From assembly GCA_951406725.2 (NCBI GenBank), contig OX597835.1, forward strand, positions 19,096,001-19,160,000: a stretch of 64,000 bases of DNA, in the 5' to 3' direction. The stretch comes from Octopus vulgaris. Taxonomy: Eukaryota. Below are positions 1 through 13,744 of the stretch, piece after piece. Position 1 is the first letter of the stretch; the number at the start of each line of letters is the position of its first letter. The position numbers and the translations under genes were made by a program. The notes below the pieces were generated by a model that worked only from the letters and a program-made list of their open reading frames with translations, did no database searches and was not told where the DNA came from.

Positions 1-550
1 CCATATTAAACATATAAATAAAAAGTAAACTGATGTGAACAGTATGCAACTTGAATTTGAAATATTTGTAGTATCTCGTTAATATTTTAATGAGCCAAAT
101 GTTTAAAATATTTTCACAAGCCTTTATTTCATACAACGGTTAATGATGAGAGTAAATACTATATATATAGCAGGTGAATTAAAACGGAGTATACTTCACA
201 TAAGTATTCCAATTAAGAAGACATCATGTTTGGCGGATCTATCTAAAAGAGATAAACTTTGCTTAAATCACATCACATCTACTTAAACAAGTATGGGTAC
301 GCCAATGATATCCCGAATGAAAGGAAACTGGTCCATTAAACGCCCACGTATTTAATCCACAAATGTTCAGAAATAAAACATAAGCATTAGGGATTAGATG
401 TGTCATGATCAATAAAAATCAAATATTTCGCATGCGTATTATGTTTCCGCGAAAAAGTATGCAGAGGCAGGTGATGTCAGTCACCGCAGTATATATTATC
501 CGACGCGATAATATATTGTCCGACGCGATAATATATTATCCGACGCGAAA

Positions 551-1287
551 GGCAGCGAGATGGCAGTAACGTTAGTACACCGGCCGAATTGCTTAGCGGT
601 AATTCGTCTGTCGTTACGTTCTGAGTTCAAAATCCGCTGCGGTTGACTTTGCCTTTTATCCTTTCGGGGTCGATTAAATAAGTACCAGTTACGCAATGAG
701 GTCTATATAATCGAGTTAATCTCTGTGTCTGTCCTTGTTTGTCCTCTCTGTGTTTAGCCCCTTGTGGGCAGTAAAGAAATAGGTATTTCGTCTGTCGCTA
801 CGTTCTGAGTTCAAATTCCGCCGAGGTTGACTTTGCTTTTCAACCTTTCGGGGTTGATTAAATAAGTACCAGTTACGCACTGGTGTCGATGTAATCGATT
901 TAGTCCTTTTGTCTGTCCCCTCTATCTGCAGCCCCTAGCGGGCAATAAAGAATTTTATATTGCAGTACAAATCGGCTACAATCTACGAATTGAGGTCAGC
1001 CGTTGACAATGATATGCAAAAGTACTATATAATCGACTTAATCCCTGTGTCTTTCCTTGTTTGTCCTCTCTGTGTTTAGCCCCTTGTGGCAGTTAAGAAA
1101 TAGGTATTTCGTCTGTCGTTACGTTCTGAGTTCAAATTCCGCCGAGGTCGACTTTGCTTTTCATCCTTTCGGTATCAATAAATTAACTACTAGTTACGCA
1201 CTGGGGTCGATTTAATCGACTTAATCCCTTTTTCTGTCCTTGTTTGTCTCCTCTATGTTTAGCCCCTTGTGGGCAATAAGGAAATAA
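551..1287 (+). mobile_element. SINE family A cluster: one headed unit plus head-less tandem units
   Basis: Head GGCAGCGAGATGGCAG with B-box-like GAGTTCAAAT, central GTCGACTTTGCCTTTCATCCTTTCGGGGTCGAT, tail GCCCCTTGTGGGCAGTAAAGAAATA. Flanked by direct repeat GTATATATTATCCGACG (489-505, 1288-1304). Confidence 0.85.
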
Positions 1288-1974
1288 GTATATATTATCC
1301 GACGTTATTTGTCTTTCAGGGAGATCATCGCCACTCAAAACATGGTAATCAATGAGATCCTAATGAGCACATCCTTTCCGATAGGCGGCGCTACTAAATT
1401 CAACATCATCATCAGGGTCAGCATCATCGTTATCGTTCTCATACTCATACACATCGTTATCGTTAGCAATATCTATTTCTTCTTCTCCATCATCTTCTTC
1501 TTCTCCATCATCTTCTTCTTCTCCATCATCTTCTTTTTCTTCTCTTTCTTCTTCTTCTTCTTTCTTCTTCTTCTTCTCCTTTTTCTTTTTCTTCTTCTTC
1601 TTCTTCTTCTTCTTCTTCTTCTTCTTCTTCTACTCCTTCTTATTGTGCATGTTGGGTCGATAAGTAAGCACATTCCCTTTACTTTATCTATGATTGTAAT
1701 ATCTCTCTCCATGGTTTTGAGCAATATATTTCCTCTAGCCTACCATTTATACCAAGACAAAACATATATAGTAACACTTCCAGTCAGTTAAGATGAGATG
1801 CAACGAGAGCAAGGGCCTTGTACTGTACCAGGGCAGCAGTTTCACCATCAACCTAACCATCGCTAATTGAGCAAGCATCATCACAATCACAAACCATGTG
1901 ATTTATAAAAGTTAATCATCACCTCTATCGTCACAACACTCCTCCCTAACTTCACCAGAACTACCAACACCACC

Positions 1975-3325
1975 ATCACCAACGCTATCATCACCAACGC
2001 CATATCACCAACGCCACCATCACGAACGCCACCATCACCAACGCCAACATCACCATCGCTACCATCACCAACGCCTCCATCATCATCACTACCATCACCA
2101 ACGACACCATCACCAACGCCACCATCACCAACGCCACCATCACCATCGCTACCATCACCAACGCCTCCATCACCATCGCTACCATCACCAACGACACCAT
2201 CACCAACGCCACCATCACCATCGCTACCATCACCAACGCCTCCATCACCATCGCTACCATCACCAACGACACCATCACCAACGCCACCATCACCATCGCT
2301 ACCATCACCAACGCCATATCACCAACGCCACCCTCACCAATGTCACCATCACGAACATCACCATCACCAGCGCCAACACGAGCAACATCATCAAAACTTC
2401 ACCAGCAGAACCGTTCCACAAATCGTTATAGTCATTACATTTCATAAAACAACCACCGCCACCATCGCCATCGCCAACGCACAAATACCCGTAACCGATC
2501 ATTCACCCTTAATACCATCACCCTCACGAATGCCATGACCATCACGACCACTACCACACTCACAACTACCACAGTCACCACAAACATCGCCAACACCACC
2601 ACCATCACCACCACCACAAGCACAACCACCACGAACACCACCCTCACCAACACCACCATCATCACCATACTCCTATAGCCACCACCACCGCCACCACCAT
2701 CACTACCACCACAAGCACAACTACCACGAACACCACCATCACCAACACCATCATCATCACCATACTACTAAAGCCACCGCCATCACCACCACCACAAGCA
2801 CAACCACCACGAACACCACCATCACCAAAACCACCATCATCACCATACTACTAAAGCCACCACCACCGCCATCACCATCACCACCACCACAGGCACAACC
2901 ACCACGAACACCACCATCACCAACACCACCATCATCACCATACTACTAAAGCCACCACCACCGCCACCACCATCACCACCACCACAAGCACAACCACCAC
3001 GAACACCACCATCACCAAAACCACCATCATCACCATACTACTAAAGCCACAACCACCGCCACCACCATCATCAGCACCACCACCACCACCACCATCACTA
3101 ACACTTCCATCACCACCCCATCACCACCACCATCACCACCAAAGCCACCACCGTCATCACCACACCCGTCTTCACCACCACCACCATTATTATCACGATC
3201 AAGCCCATCACGACGACGACCACGACGACGACCACGACGACGACCACGACGACGACCACGACGACGACCACGACGACGACCACCACCACCATCATCACCA
3301 CCACCATCACCACCACCACCAGCAC
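1975..3325. repeat. ACC/ATC-rich minisatellites (15-nt units, then ~70-nt units)
   Basis: CACCATCACCAACGC-type units at 1975-2370; ACCACAAGCACAACCACCACGAACACC...ATACTACTAAAGCC units at 2610-3060. Confidence 0.85.
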
Positions 3326-3974
3326 CATTCACAATGCAATGATATATGACACTATCTGATCAGTTTTTATCGAAACGTTCATCATGGCTTTTAAACTGTC
3401 AAAATCTATTTATTTGAATTGAGCTCGGTGGAGGAGTAGTGGGAGGCGGCTCCGAGTGAGTGTGAGTGGTGGTGTTAGTGTGAAAGAACATTAATAGGGG
3501 GGGGGGGGACGGTCGAGTGTAGCAGAATCGGGTGAGGTTTGCCATGAGATGATATTTATTGCTCAACCTTATTATTGCAGAGATTTTTATCGACAGATAA
3601 ATATTTCACGTTCTCTGTAGGGGTCACTACTTTCTCAGATTAGGGCGCTCCACAGTGCCCTCATTGCCATTGTCATCGCAGTCGATAATCTTCATCATGA
3701 TGAAGATGATGTTGATGATGATGACGACGACGACGATGACAACGATGATGATGATGATAATGATATTAATGACAATAACGATTATGATGATGATAACAGC
3801 AACATGGTATCCGCACTAGATTTAGCACCTGCAACTTCCATCTCTTCCCCATGCCCTGAAAGAACGGGACGGCAACTGGTACTTTATATATCGACCCCGA
3901 AAGGATGAATGGCAAAGTCGACCTAACCTCCCTGCCGAACAGAACTGAGTTGTGGGCAGACGTCCTACATACCA

Positions 3975-4194
3975 TGGCAGAAACGTTAGCACGCCGGGCG
4001 ATATGCGTAGCCGTATTTCGTCTGCCGTTCGTTCTGAGTTCAAATTCCGCCGAGGTCGACTTTGCCGTTCATCCTTTCGGGGTCGATAACTAAAGTACCA
4101 GTTACACACTGGGGCCGATGTAATCGACTTAATCCCTTTGTCTGTCCTTGTTTGTCCCCTCTATGTTTAGCCCTTTGTGGGCAGTAAAGAAATA
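3975..4194 (+). mobile_element. SINE family A
   Basis: Matches other family A copies; lies inside a local tandem duplication. Confidence 0.85.
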
Positions 4195-4471
4195 GATAAT
4201 GATAAGGGGGAGGAGGAGGAGGAAGGGGAAGAGGAGGATGGGATGCTAATGATGATAACGATTATGATGATGATAACAGCAACATGGTATCGCATTCCGC
4301 ACTAAATTTAGCACCTGCAGCCTTTCATCTCTTCCCCCAAAATCTCAAAGAACGGGACAGCAATCATACTGGATGTGCTGCTCCGTGTAAAAACGGATTA
4401 GCTGGAGAAGATCCCTGACCTAATCTCCCTGCCGAACAGAACTGAGTTGAGGGCAGACGTCCCACATGCCA

Positions 4472-4691
4472 TGGCAGAAACGTTAGCACGCCGGGCGATA
4501 TGCCTAGCCGTATTTCGACTGCCGTTACGTTCCGAGTTCAAATTCCGTCGAGGTCGACTTTGCCGTTCATCCTTTCGGGGTCGATAAATAAAGTACCAGT
4601 TACGCACTGGGACCGATGTAATCGACTTAATCACTTTGTCATTCCTTGTTTGTCCCTTCTATGTATAGCCCCTTGTGGGCAATAAAGAAAT
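4472..4691 (+). mobile_element. SINE family A (duplicated together with its flank)
   Basis: Same 5' junction and upstream flank as the copy at 3975. Confidence 0.85.
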
Positions 4692-5032
4692 ATATATGAG
4701 CTTTCTGCCCACAAAACAAAAACTGAGAGAGAAGAGAGGAGGACCCGAACACCTATGTCATGCTCGTTGCCACAACAACAATAAAAACAGGAAAATTATA
4801 AATTGAGTGTGATGCAATATCAGTACCTCAAGGTAGAACCACAGCGCCACCCTACCCCGGTGGCGGAAGGACTAACAGCAACAGTAAAAAGGCCAGCGTC
4901 AGAAACAGAAGCAGCAGCAATAGTAGCAGTAAAAAACACATCCTAACACCACTACCATTATTGTTACTATCAAAGTGGACAAGCACTTTAACAGAGAGGA
5001 CAACCGGGGTTTTTCCAAAATCCAGCACTACG

Positions 5033-5095
<63 letters not shown>

Positions 5096-5112
5096 TAGTA
5101 AAAAAAAAAAAA

Positions 5113-6236
<1,124 letters not shown>

Positions 6237-6725
6237 TACCTGCTGAATTACATCCGTCGGTGGAATTAACCAGAATGTGTGGCATTCTTCGGTTCTCCCT
6301 TTGAGGAAGTATCCCCAAGTTTTGGGTGAATTTTCATTATTTGTTAATCGTTTTTGTTAATTATTATATACACGACATTGTTCAACATTCCACCTGTCCC
6401 TTGTATTGAATCGTCCCTATTCGTTTTGCGTTCGGCCCTTGTGGCCAATAAAAGAAAATATCATTATTATTATTAGCAGCAGTAGTAGTTGTAGTAGTAG
6501 CAATAGTAATAGTAGTAGCAGGAGTACCGATGTCACAGTTGTAGTATTAATAGTAGCAATGATATCAGCTGTAATAGTAGTCGTGGTAAATGTTATTGTT
6601 GCTGATGTTCTTGTTTTGCAAGCAGGAGTATTTAATGTGTTTTGAAATGTTTCATTTAAATTATCGTTGCCCTTGGTCTAGGGCTACGTAATCTTTTAGG
6701 AGTAGATGTACTTAAACGAACACAT

Positions 6726-6955
6726 ACCTATTTCTTTATTACCCACAAGGGGCTAAACACCGAGGGGACAAACAAGGACAGACATAGGTATTAAGTCGAT
6801 TACATCGACCCCAGTGCGTAACTGGTACTTAATTTATCGACCCCGAAAGGATGAAAGGCAAAGTCGACCTCGGCGGAATTTGAAATCACAACGTAACGCA
6901 GGCGAAATACCGCTAAGCATTTCGCCCGGCGTGCTAACGTTTCTGCCAGCTCGCC
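6726..6955 (-). mobile_element. SINE family A, full length
   Basis: Reverse complement of family A; direct repeat CGAACACATACCT on both sides. Confidence 0.9.
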
Positions 6956-7367
6956 GAACACATACCTGTAACTAAACTAAAAAAAAAGACAAACGATTTA
7001 GATTGTAGCAGAATTGGCGATAATGTTCTGTACCCATGTCTTTATTATGTGCTGCACTAATTTCAGTGACAAATAAAAAAGGAAATATCTTCATAATTAT
7101 AATTTAATGTCTCCAAGTTCATTTTTCCCGAATCGTAGAGTATTCTAATGTCGTGGTTTTCTTCTGTAAGCTTAATCTTTAAACACCTTCATCAATATAT
7201 TTCTAATGAAATATAGTAATAATTGTTTTTATTAATGCGGGAAATAATGAAAACTTCAGTTAAAATAGCTGTTACGATTATGCTGATATGTAGAAAAAAA
7301 ATGAGTTCTTTTTATATAAGTTTTTAATTTAGATCACTTTCAAAGTGTATAAGTTTGTATAACAGAA

Positions 7368-7724
7368 CTAGCAGTATCGCCCGGCGTTGCTCGGGTTTGT
7401 AAGGGAAATAACTATATAAGCATTATTAGAGAGTTATAGCCAAAAAATGCATTAAAAATGGTTGACTCATCGTAAACATTTTTAGAGAGTTACCTCCCTT
7501 ATATAATAGCGAAAAAATGCATTAAAATGGAAAAAAATGATGGTAAATTTGTTTTAAATCGTAGACTCATCGTAGACGCGCGCTAATACCCAGAAGGGCT
7601 CGATATGAATCACGACTATAAGATACCCGGTTTTGGTTAAACTGCACCGCAAAATGTGTGAGTAGTTAGGAATCTAAATCGTAGGAGACAGACACTCACA
7701 CAACTTCACTTTTATATATAAAGA
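7368..7724 (-). mobile_element. Non-autonomous Helitron
   Basis: On the minus strand: 5' TC, 3' CTAG, subterminal hairpin CCCGAGCAACGCCGGG, inserted between A and T with no TSD; homologous to 29387 and 30632. Confidence 0.85.
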
Positions 7725-8004
7725 TATGAAATTGTCGGAGACAACTGCCTCTCGCCTAGTATTTTTAAGCAGATTAACTATCACAGTAATATTTTTTTTG
7801 CTTTACAGCTGGTCTGTATATTTTGCAGATTTTCTATCGAGGACTACCTTACAGTCTGTAGCAGGTTGTACAGATTTCATTGGTAGGATATAAGAGATTT
7901 TACTTATTTTTGAAGCAAATGTAGTAACAAAATCGACATTATTTTGACCGACGAAAACAATTGAAGTGACAAATAGCTATTTCGCAAAACTTCGATGTCA
8001 CTGA

Positions 8005-8411
8005 AGCCTGTAGCCATTTTCAAATAGCACCGCCAATTTGTGGTAGCTGGCAATATGACGTAATGTATTGCCGAAGAAATATGATTGTCGTTTCCCCAAA
8101 ATCCAGGGTTTTTTACAAAGTTATAACAAAAAGTTAGTGAAATATTTAAAATGTTTACAGTTGGATAGATAGACAAATATAACAAAATAAATTGACAAAA
8201 AATGTTAACTTTTAAATATTTTCTGAGATTTTACAAAAACAACAAAAATATTTAACTTTAAAGAATTGAAATCACATAAAAACATTGTTTAACTAATTTT
8301 CAGAATTCCTATATGGGCAGTTATTTCAACAAATGGTAAAATGACAATCACATTACGTCATATTGCCAGCTACAACAAATTGGTGGTGCTATTTGAAAAT
8401 GGCTACAGGCT
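8005..8411. mobile_element. MITE with ~60-bp terminal inverted repeats
   Basis: AGCCTGTAGCCATTTTCAAATAGCACCGCCAATTTGTGGTAGCTGGCAATATGACGTAATGT and its near-exact reverse complement at ~8350-8411; AT-rich interior. Confidence 0.75.
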
Positions 8412-9396
8412 ATATCACCATATTTTCTATAAAATCTATGAAACTAAATAAAGAAGACAGGTCATCTAAGACGAATGCTGATGCGAGGAGTGCCAAACAA
8501 TGTCTCCCTTTGAAATCGAGAGAAATTATAGTAAATATTATGGTACTGATTAAAAACCTTCACTCAAGTCGTCCAATACACTGGAATAAAATCTGCAACC
8601 ACGTGTCTGTTTGTCAATGGAATGTGTTCCCAAAGAATGCATTGTAATTACTATAAATTATGTATACAAATGTCTGGTGATACAAACTTCGTCGTTCCGA
8701 GCAAGGTAATATAAATATTCAAACATGTATGTAGAATAAAAAAGAAACAAAAAAAACCAAAAGAGCAAAAACAAACAAACACAAACAAACAAAAAAAATA
8801 AATAAAAATACAAACAAAACGTGTTGCAATAATTAAAACAAACCTCTATTTATAATATATTTTCAAATTTATATTTATATTTTCAAGAAACTTGATAATA
8901 TTTTACATAATAATGTTTTAATAGAAAACATTAACTCCGGATATCCAGCTATTTTTGACATTTCAATTGAACTTCATCCAAGTCTATTTAGAATATTATG
9001 TTCATTATCGTTTATTCATTTTTCCATTTCGTTTTCTCTTTTCTTCTTTATTTTGTATTCTATATTTATTTCAGAATTGCTTCTAGTATGGACAGTTCAG
9101 CCATTTTGTTCTGTCTGTCTAGAGATTGTAATTCTCTTTTTTCTTTCTTTCTTTTTTTCGCCTTCTTTCATTCATTCTTTCTTTCTTTCTTTTTTTTTAA
9201 TATGTCTATTGGGTACATACACTCATGTGATCATATGAGCAAGTAAGTGTTTTGTCTGTGACATTTCAGTTGAATTTCGTTCCATATGTTTCTCTCATTT
9301 TCATATTCTCTCCGTTATACTCTCACTCTTTCTCTTTCTCTCCATATATTACACATACATAAACACATACACACATATAAAATAATATAATATAAT

Positions 9397-9473
<77 letters not shown>

Positions 9474-9973
9474 ACACATTCTTACTGTCTATTCCTCTCT
9501 ATATATATTACTCGCACATGCTCTCTCCTTCTCTCTCTCTCTCTATCTCCTTTTGACATTTTTTAACGTCTTTATCACACAATACATTAATAATATGATT
9601 GTTGTTCTATATTTGAACTGTCCTCGAGTTTTGATAGAGTTTCAATTATTTTTCTGCATCATTTACTATCGATTTATTAGTGTGAAGGGACAACAATGAA
9701 AACAACAGCAACAACAGCTACAACAGCGATAAGACAGGCAACGACATAAAGGATAAAAGCTAAATACACAAGACAAACGTCTGTAAATTATTAATAGAAT
9801 ATTACTTAACAACAATGGTGGAATACTAAAACACGTTTCATATATTTTCATTCAGTAATGTCTATATATATATATATATGTGTGTGCTTGTGTGTGTGTG
9901 TGCGTGTGTGTGTGTGTGTATGTTTGTGTGCATATATATATATTTACATAAATATATTTATATGTAAATATAT

Positions 9974-10018
<45 letters not shown>

Positions 10019-10044
10019 TGTACATATATGTATATATTCATTCA

Positions 10045-10090
<46 letters not shown>

Positions 10091-10109
10091 TATGTGAGTG
10101 TGTGTGTGC

Positions 10110-10143
<34 letters not shown>

Positions 10144-10170
10144 GTGTGTGTATGTGTATGTATGTGTGTG

Positions 10171-10201
<31 letters not shown>

Positions 10202-10211
10202 ACATACATGT

Positions 10212-10242
<31 letters not shown>

Positions 10243-10366
10243 GACATTACTGAATGTGAGTGTGTGTGTGTGTGTCTGTGTATGTGTGTGTGTATACATA
10301 TATGTATATATATATATATATATACATATATGTATACACACACATACACAGACACACACACACACT

Positions 10367-10397
<31 letters not shown>

Positions 10398-10744
10398 GAA
10401 AAATAACGGATGAATACACATACGCATGCATACACACAAGTACGTAGTTGCAAATACATATACATACATATATACATACGTAGAAGAAGCACATGCTATG
10501 CAAAATCGTCCATTCTTATGCTCGTTAACTGGAACAAAACTAATCTTTATGAGGTTTGGATTGTAAAATATTTAGCTATATATTAAGCTATTTAACATGT
10601 ATGTATTCATCTGTCTATCACATACAAGAGAGTATGTACGCGTGTTTGCGTTCTTATTGCTATACACTTACATCCATGCGTAGCTACATGTATATATATA
10701 TGGCAAATGAAAGACGGAAGATGGAATATACGGGAATTTATTAA

Positions 10745-10854
10745 TTATCACGACAATTGTTTCGACACATCTACCAAGGATTCGTCATGCGTAGGACACT
10801 CAACAACTGGTTCAGGAGTATCCGGTGGTGCAGATGTATCTCGAGGGGTGATAA
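10745..10854 (-). ncRNA. Type I hammerhead ribozyme fold with degenerate 5' core and long stem II (repeat ~10700-10920)
   Basis: Minus strand: TTATCAC-CCCTCGA-GATACATCTGC...GTAGATGTGTC-GAAA-CAATT-GTC-GTGATAA; 7-bp stem I, 11-bp stem II base, palindromic stem III; homologous to 59501-59603. Confidence 0.6.
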
Positions 10855-11767
10855 ATAAATATTGCTTGTTAAAATGACTGTTCTGCAATGTCACTTTCCG
10901 TTTTGTAGAAAGAAAAGCAGAGGAAATCTCTTCATTTATATAAAAGATCAAAAATAAAATCTCAGATAAACGAACACGCAATCCAACAGAAAAAAAGTAT
11001 TAAAAATAATATTTAATAATTATCGATATATAAACACCCTCGGGCAACCTGCATGGCGCGAGTACACTTGTTCATACAAGCATCCGCAAAAATGTGAGCA
11101 TATGCATTTGTGAGTTTGGTGCACTCATGATCACAAAGTGAGTTAACTACCTACTTGTTATTTGTAAGAATGGGACGGTTAATAGTAAGCTTGAGTCATC
11201 CATACCTTAAAGTAAATTAAGTCAAGTTAACAGTTACTCAAAATTCATTCTCACTGCATCGTGCGAAAGTACATTTATATGCGTGTAGGCATCTCTAGAG
11301 TTGTTCAGAAATTCTATTCTAATGCAAAGAATAGACAGTGATTTCTCGGAGCAGAGACGACATCGCCTGGAAATTATATTGTATGGTTTCGCGTACGTTA
11401 CTATGGACCAATTAATGCAGTACTTAATTTTATCCTCCTTCAGTCACCATAGACAATCTGTCAAAGAGGTTGAATGTCTCTTATTGATTGTCTTAAAGCT
11501 GACAACATGGTTACGTTAACAATTCTCAAATGAATCAGCCGTCTGCCCAATATAAATATACGGTCATCCCCTTGTGTGCACAGTACATTTATATACAATA
11601 TTTGTACTCATACAAAGATTCATCAAAAGATATTTTACTTTTCTCTGCATGAACATTTAACGCATTTATTTGTATATAAGGTAATCCCGACTCCATTTAC
11701 CGGCGTTGTTACCGTGTTAGCTGTATCATAATTATTTCCACTACTTATAAGTATTTTTACTAATGCA

Positions 11768-12090
11768 TCTTGGGCGAATGCCTTCTGTTATATCCTCGGG
11801 CTAACCAAAGCCTTGTGAGTGGATTTCGTAGACGGAAAGTGAAAGAATCCTGCCGTGTATATATATTTATTTATGTGTAAGTGATTTTGTGTTTATGTTT
11901 GTCTTCTCACCATCGCTTCACAGTCAATATTGGTGTGTTTACATCTCCGTAACCTAAGCGTTTGGCAAAAGATACCAACAGACTAAGTACTAAGCTTACA
12001 AAGAATAAGTTCTAGGGTCGACTTCTCCGAATAAATGTCCTTTAAGGCAGTGCTACAGCATGGCTGCAGTCAAATTACTGAAACAGTTAT
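11768..12090 (+). mobile_element. SINE family B, 5'-truncated and diverged
   Basis: CORE-like TCTTGGGCGAATG through tail GCATGGCTGCAGTCAAATTACTGAAACA. Confidence 0.8.
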
Positions 12091-12162
12091 AATAAATATA
12101 AAAAATCACGTCTTTTTATCTCTAAATATATGTATGTATGTTTGTGTGTGTATAAGTACATG

Positions 12163-12325
12163 TGCGCAGAAGTGGCTGTGATGTAAGTAGCTTGCTTACC
12201 AACCACATGGTTCCGGGTTCAGTCCCACTGCGTGGCACTTTGGCCAAGTGCCTTCGATTATAGCCTCTGGCCGACCAAAGCCTTGTGAGTAGATTTGGTA
12301 GACGGAAACTGAAAGAAGCCCGTCG

Positions 12326-12418
<93 letters not shown>

Positions 12419-12531
12419 CACGTGATCACGTGACCGACCAGACCATCAGATGTTGTTACACATCGCTGGTCACGATGCGTTTGCATTGTTTTAGCCTTCG
12501 AGTGATGCCACCCCGCTGGCTAAGCAAGCAG

Positions 12532-12572
<41 letters not shown>

Positions 12573-12836
12573 TTATATATATATATATATTTGTGTGTGT
12601 GTGTCTGTGTGTCTGTGTGTGTATGTTTGTGTGTCTGTGTTTGTCCCCCTAACATCACTTGACAACCGATGCTGGCGTGTTTATGTCCCTGTCACTTAGC
12701 GGTTCGGCAAAAGAGGCCGATAGAATAAGTACTAGGCTTACAAAGAATAAGTCCTGGGGTCGATTTGTTCCGACTGAAGATGGTGCTCCAGCATGACCAC
12801 AGTCAAATGACTAAAATAATTAAAAGAGTAAAAGAG
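12163..12836 (+). mobile_element. SINE family B (CORE-type, internal TA/TG microsatellite) with nested insertion
   Basis: A-box TGGCTGTGATGTAAG, B-box GGTTCAGTCCC, CORE-like segment, tail ending AAAAGAGTAAAAGAG. Confidence 0.85.
12418..12535 (-). mobile_element. 118-bp structured retroposon-like element
   Basis: Near-identical copy with the same ends at 60103-60220; one end is (TCACGTGA)2. Strand is a guess. Confidence 0.7.
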
Positions 12837-12988
12837 TATGTTTGTGTGTGTCCTCGTGTCTGAGTTTATTTATGTTTATATCAAATAGTATGTAAGAGAA
12901 AATCTAAAGCAATCCGCATGGTAATCCACAAGTTCCAGTTCCGATGTCAAAAACAGAGGACGGCGTGTATGTTTTAAGTCTGTGGCAT

Positions 12989-13744
12989 AAGTCTATTACG
13001 CATTAAAAATCCTAGGAAGAGCAAATTTTGAAGCTTTAGCAGGATAGGTACCTCATAATGTCGGACATTATTCCATTATGACAACTAGCTTTTCACAAGT
13101 CTATTACGCATTAAAAATCCTAGGAAGAGCAAATTTTGACGCTTTAGCAGAATAGGTACCTCACAATGTCGGACATTATTCAATTATGACAACTAGCTTT
13201 TCACAAGTCTATTACGCATTAAAAATCCTAGGAAGAGCAAATTTTGACGCTTTAGCAGGATAGGTACCTCATAATGTCGGACATTATTCCATTATGACAA
13301 CTAGCTTTTCACAAGTCTATTACGCATTAAAAATCCTAGGAAGAGCAAATTTTGACGCTTTAGCAGGATAGGTACCTCATAATGTCGGACATTATTCCAT
13401 TATGACAACTAGCTTTTCACAAGTCTATTACGCATTAAAAATCCTAGGAAGAGCAAATTTTGACGCTTTAGCAGAATAGGTACCTCATAATGTCGGACAT
13501 TATTCCATTATGACAACTAGCTTTTCACAAGTCTATTACGCATTAAAAATCCTAGGAAGAGCAAATTTTGACGCTTTAGCAGAATAGGTACCTCATAATG
13601 TCGGACATTATTCCATTATGACAACTACCTTTTCACAAGTCTATTACGCATTAAAAATCCTAGGAAGAGCAAATTTTGACGCTCTAGCAGAATAGGTACC
13701 TCATAATGTCGGACATTATTCCATTATGACAACTAGCTTTTCAC
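12989..13744. repeat. Tandem array of 7 x 108 bp
   Basis: Units start at 12989, 13097, 13205, 13313, 13421, 13529 and 13637; only scattered substitutions, no spacers, stop codons in all six frames. Confidence 0.97.

Noticed and set aside
1975-3325. Thr-rich mucin-like reading ([10 protein letters not shown]...) on the plus strand
   Set aside because: 14-nt units at ~1999 and ~2313 break the frame, no start or splice context is evident, and such repeats are open by composition.
7801-9130. Possible small exons (AG acceptors at ~7808 and ~9074, GT donor at ~8706)
   Set aside because: Translations resemble no protein I recognise and do not join into a coherent model; RNA-seq would be needed.
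12989-13744. CRISPR array or 36-aa protein repeat
   Set aside because: No unique spacers, no cas genes, eukaryotic context, and stops in all six frames; no hammerhead core found either.
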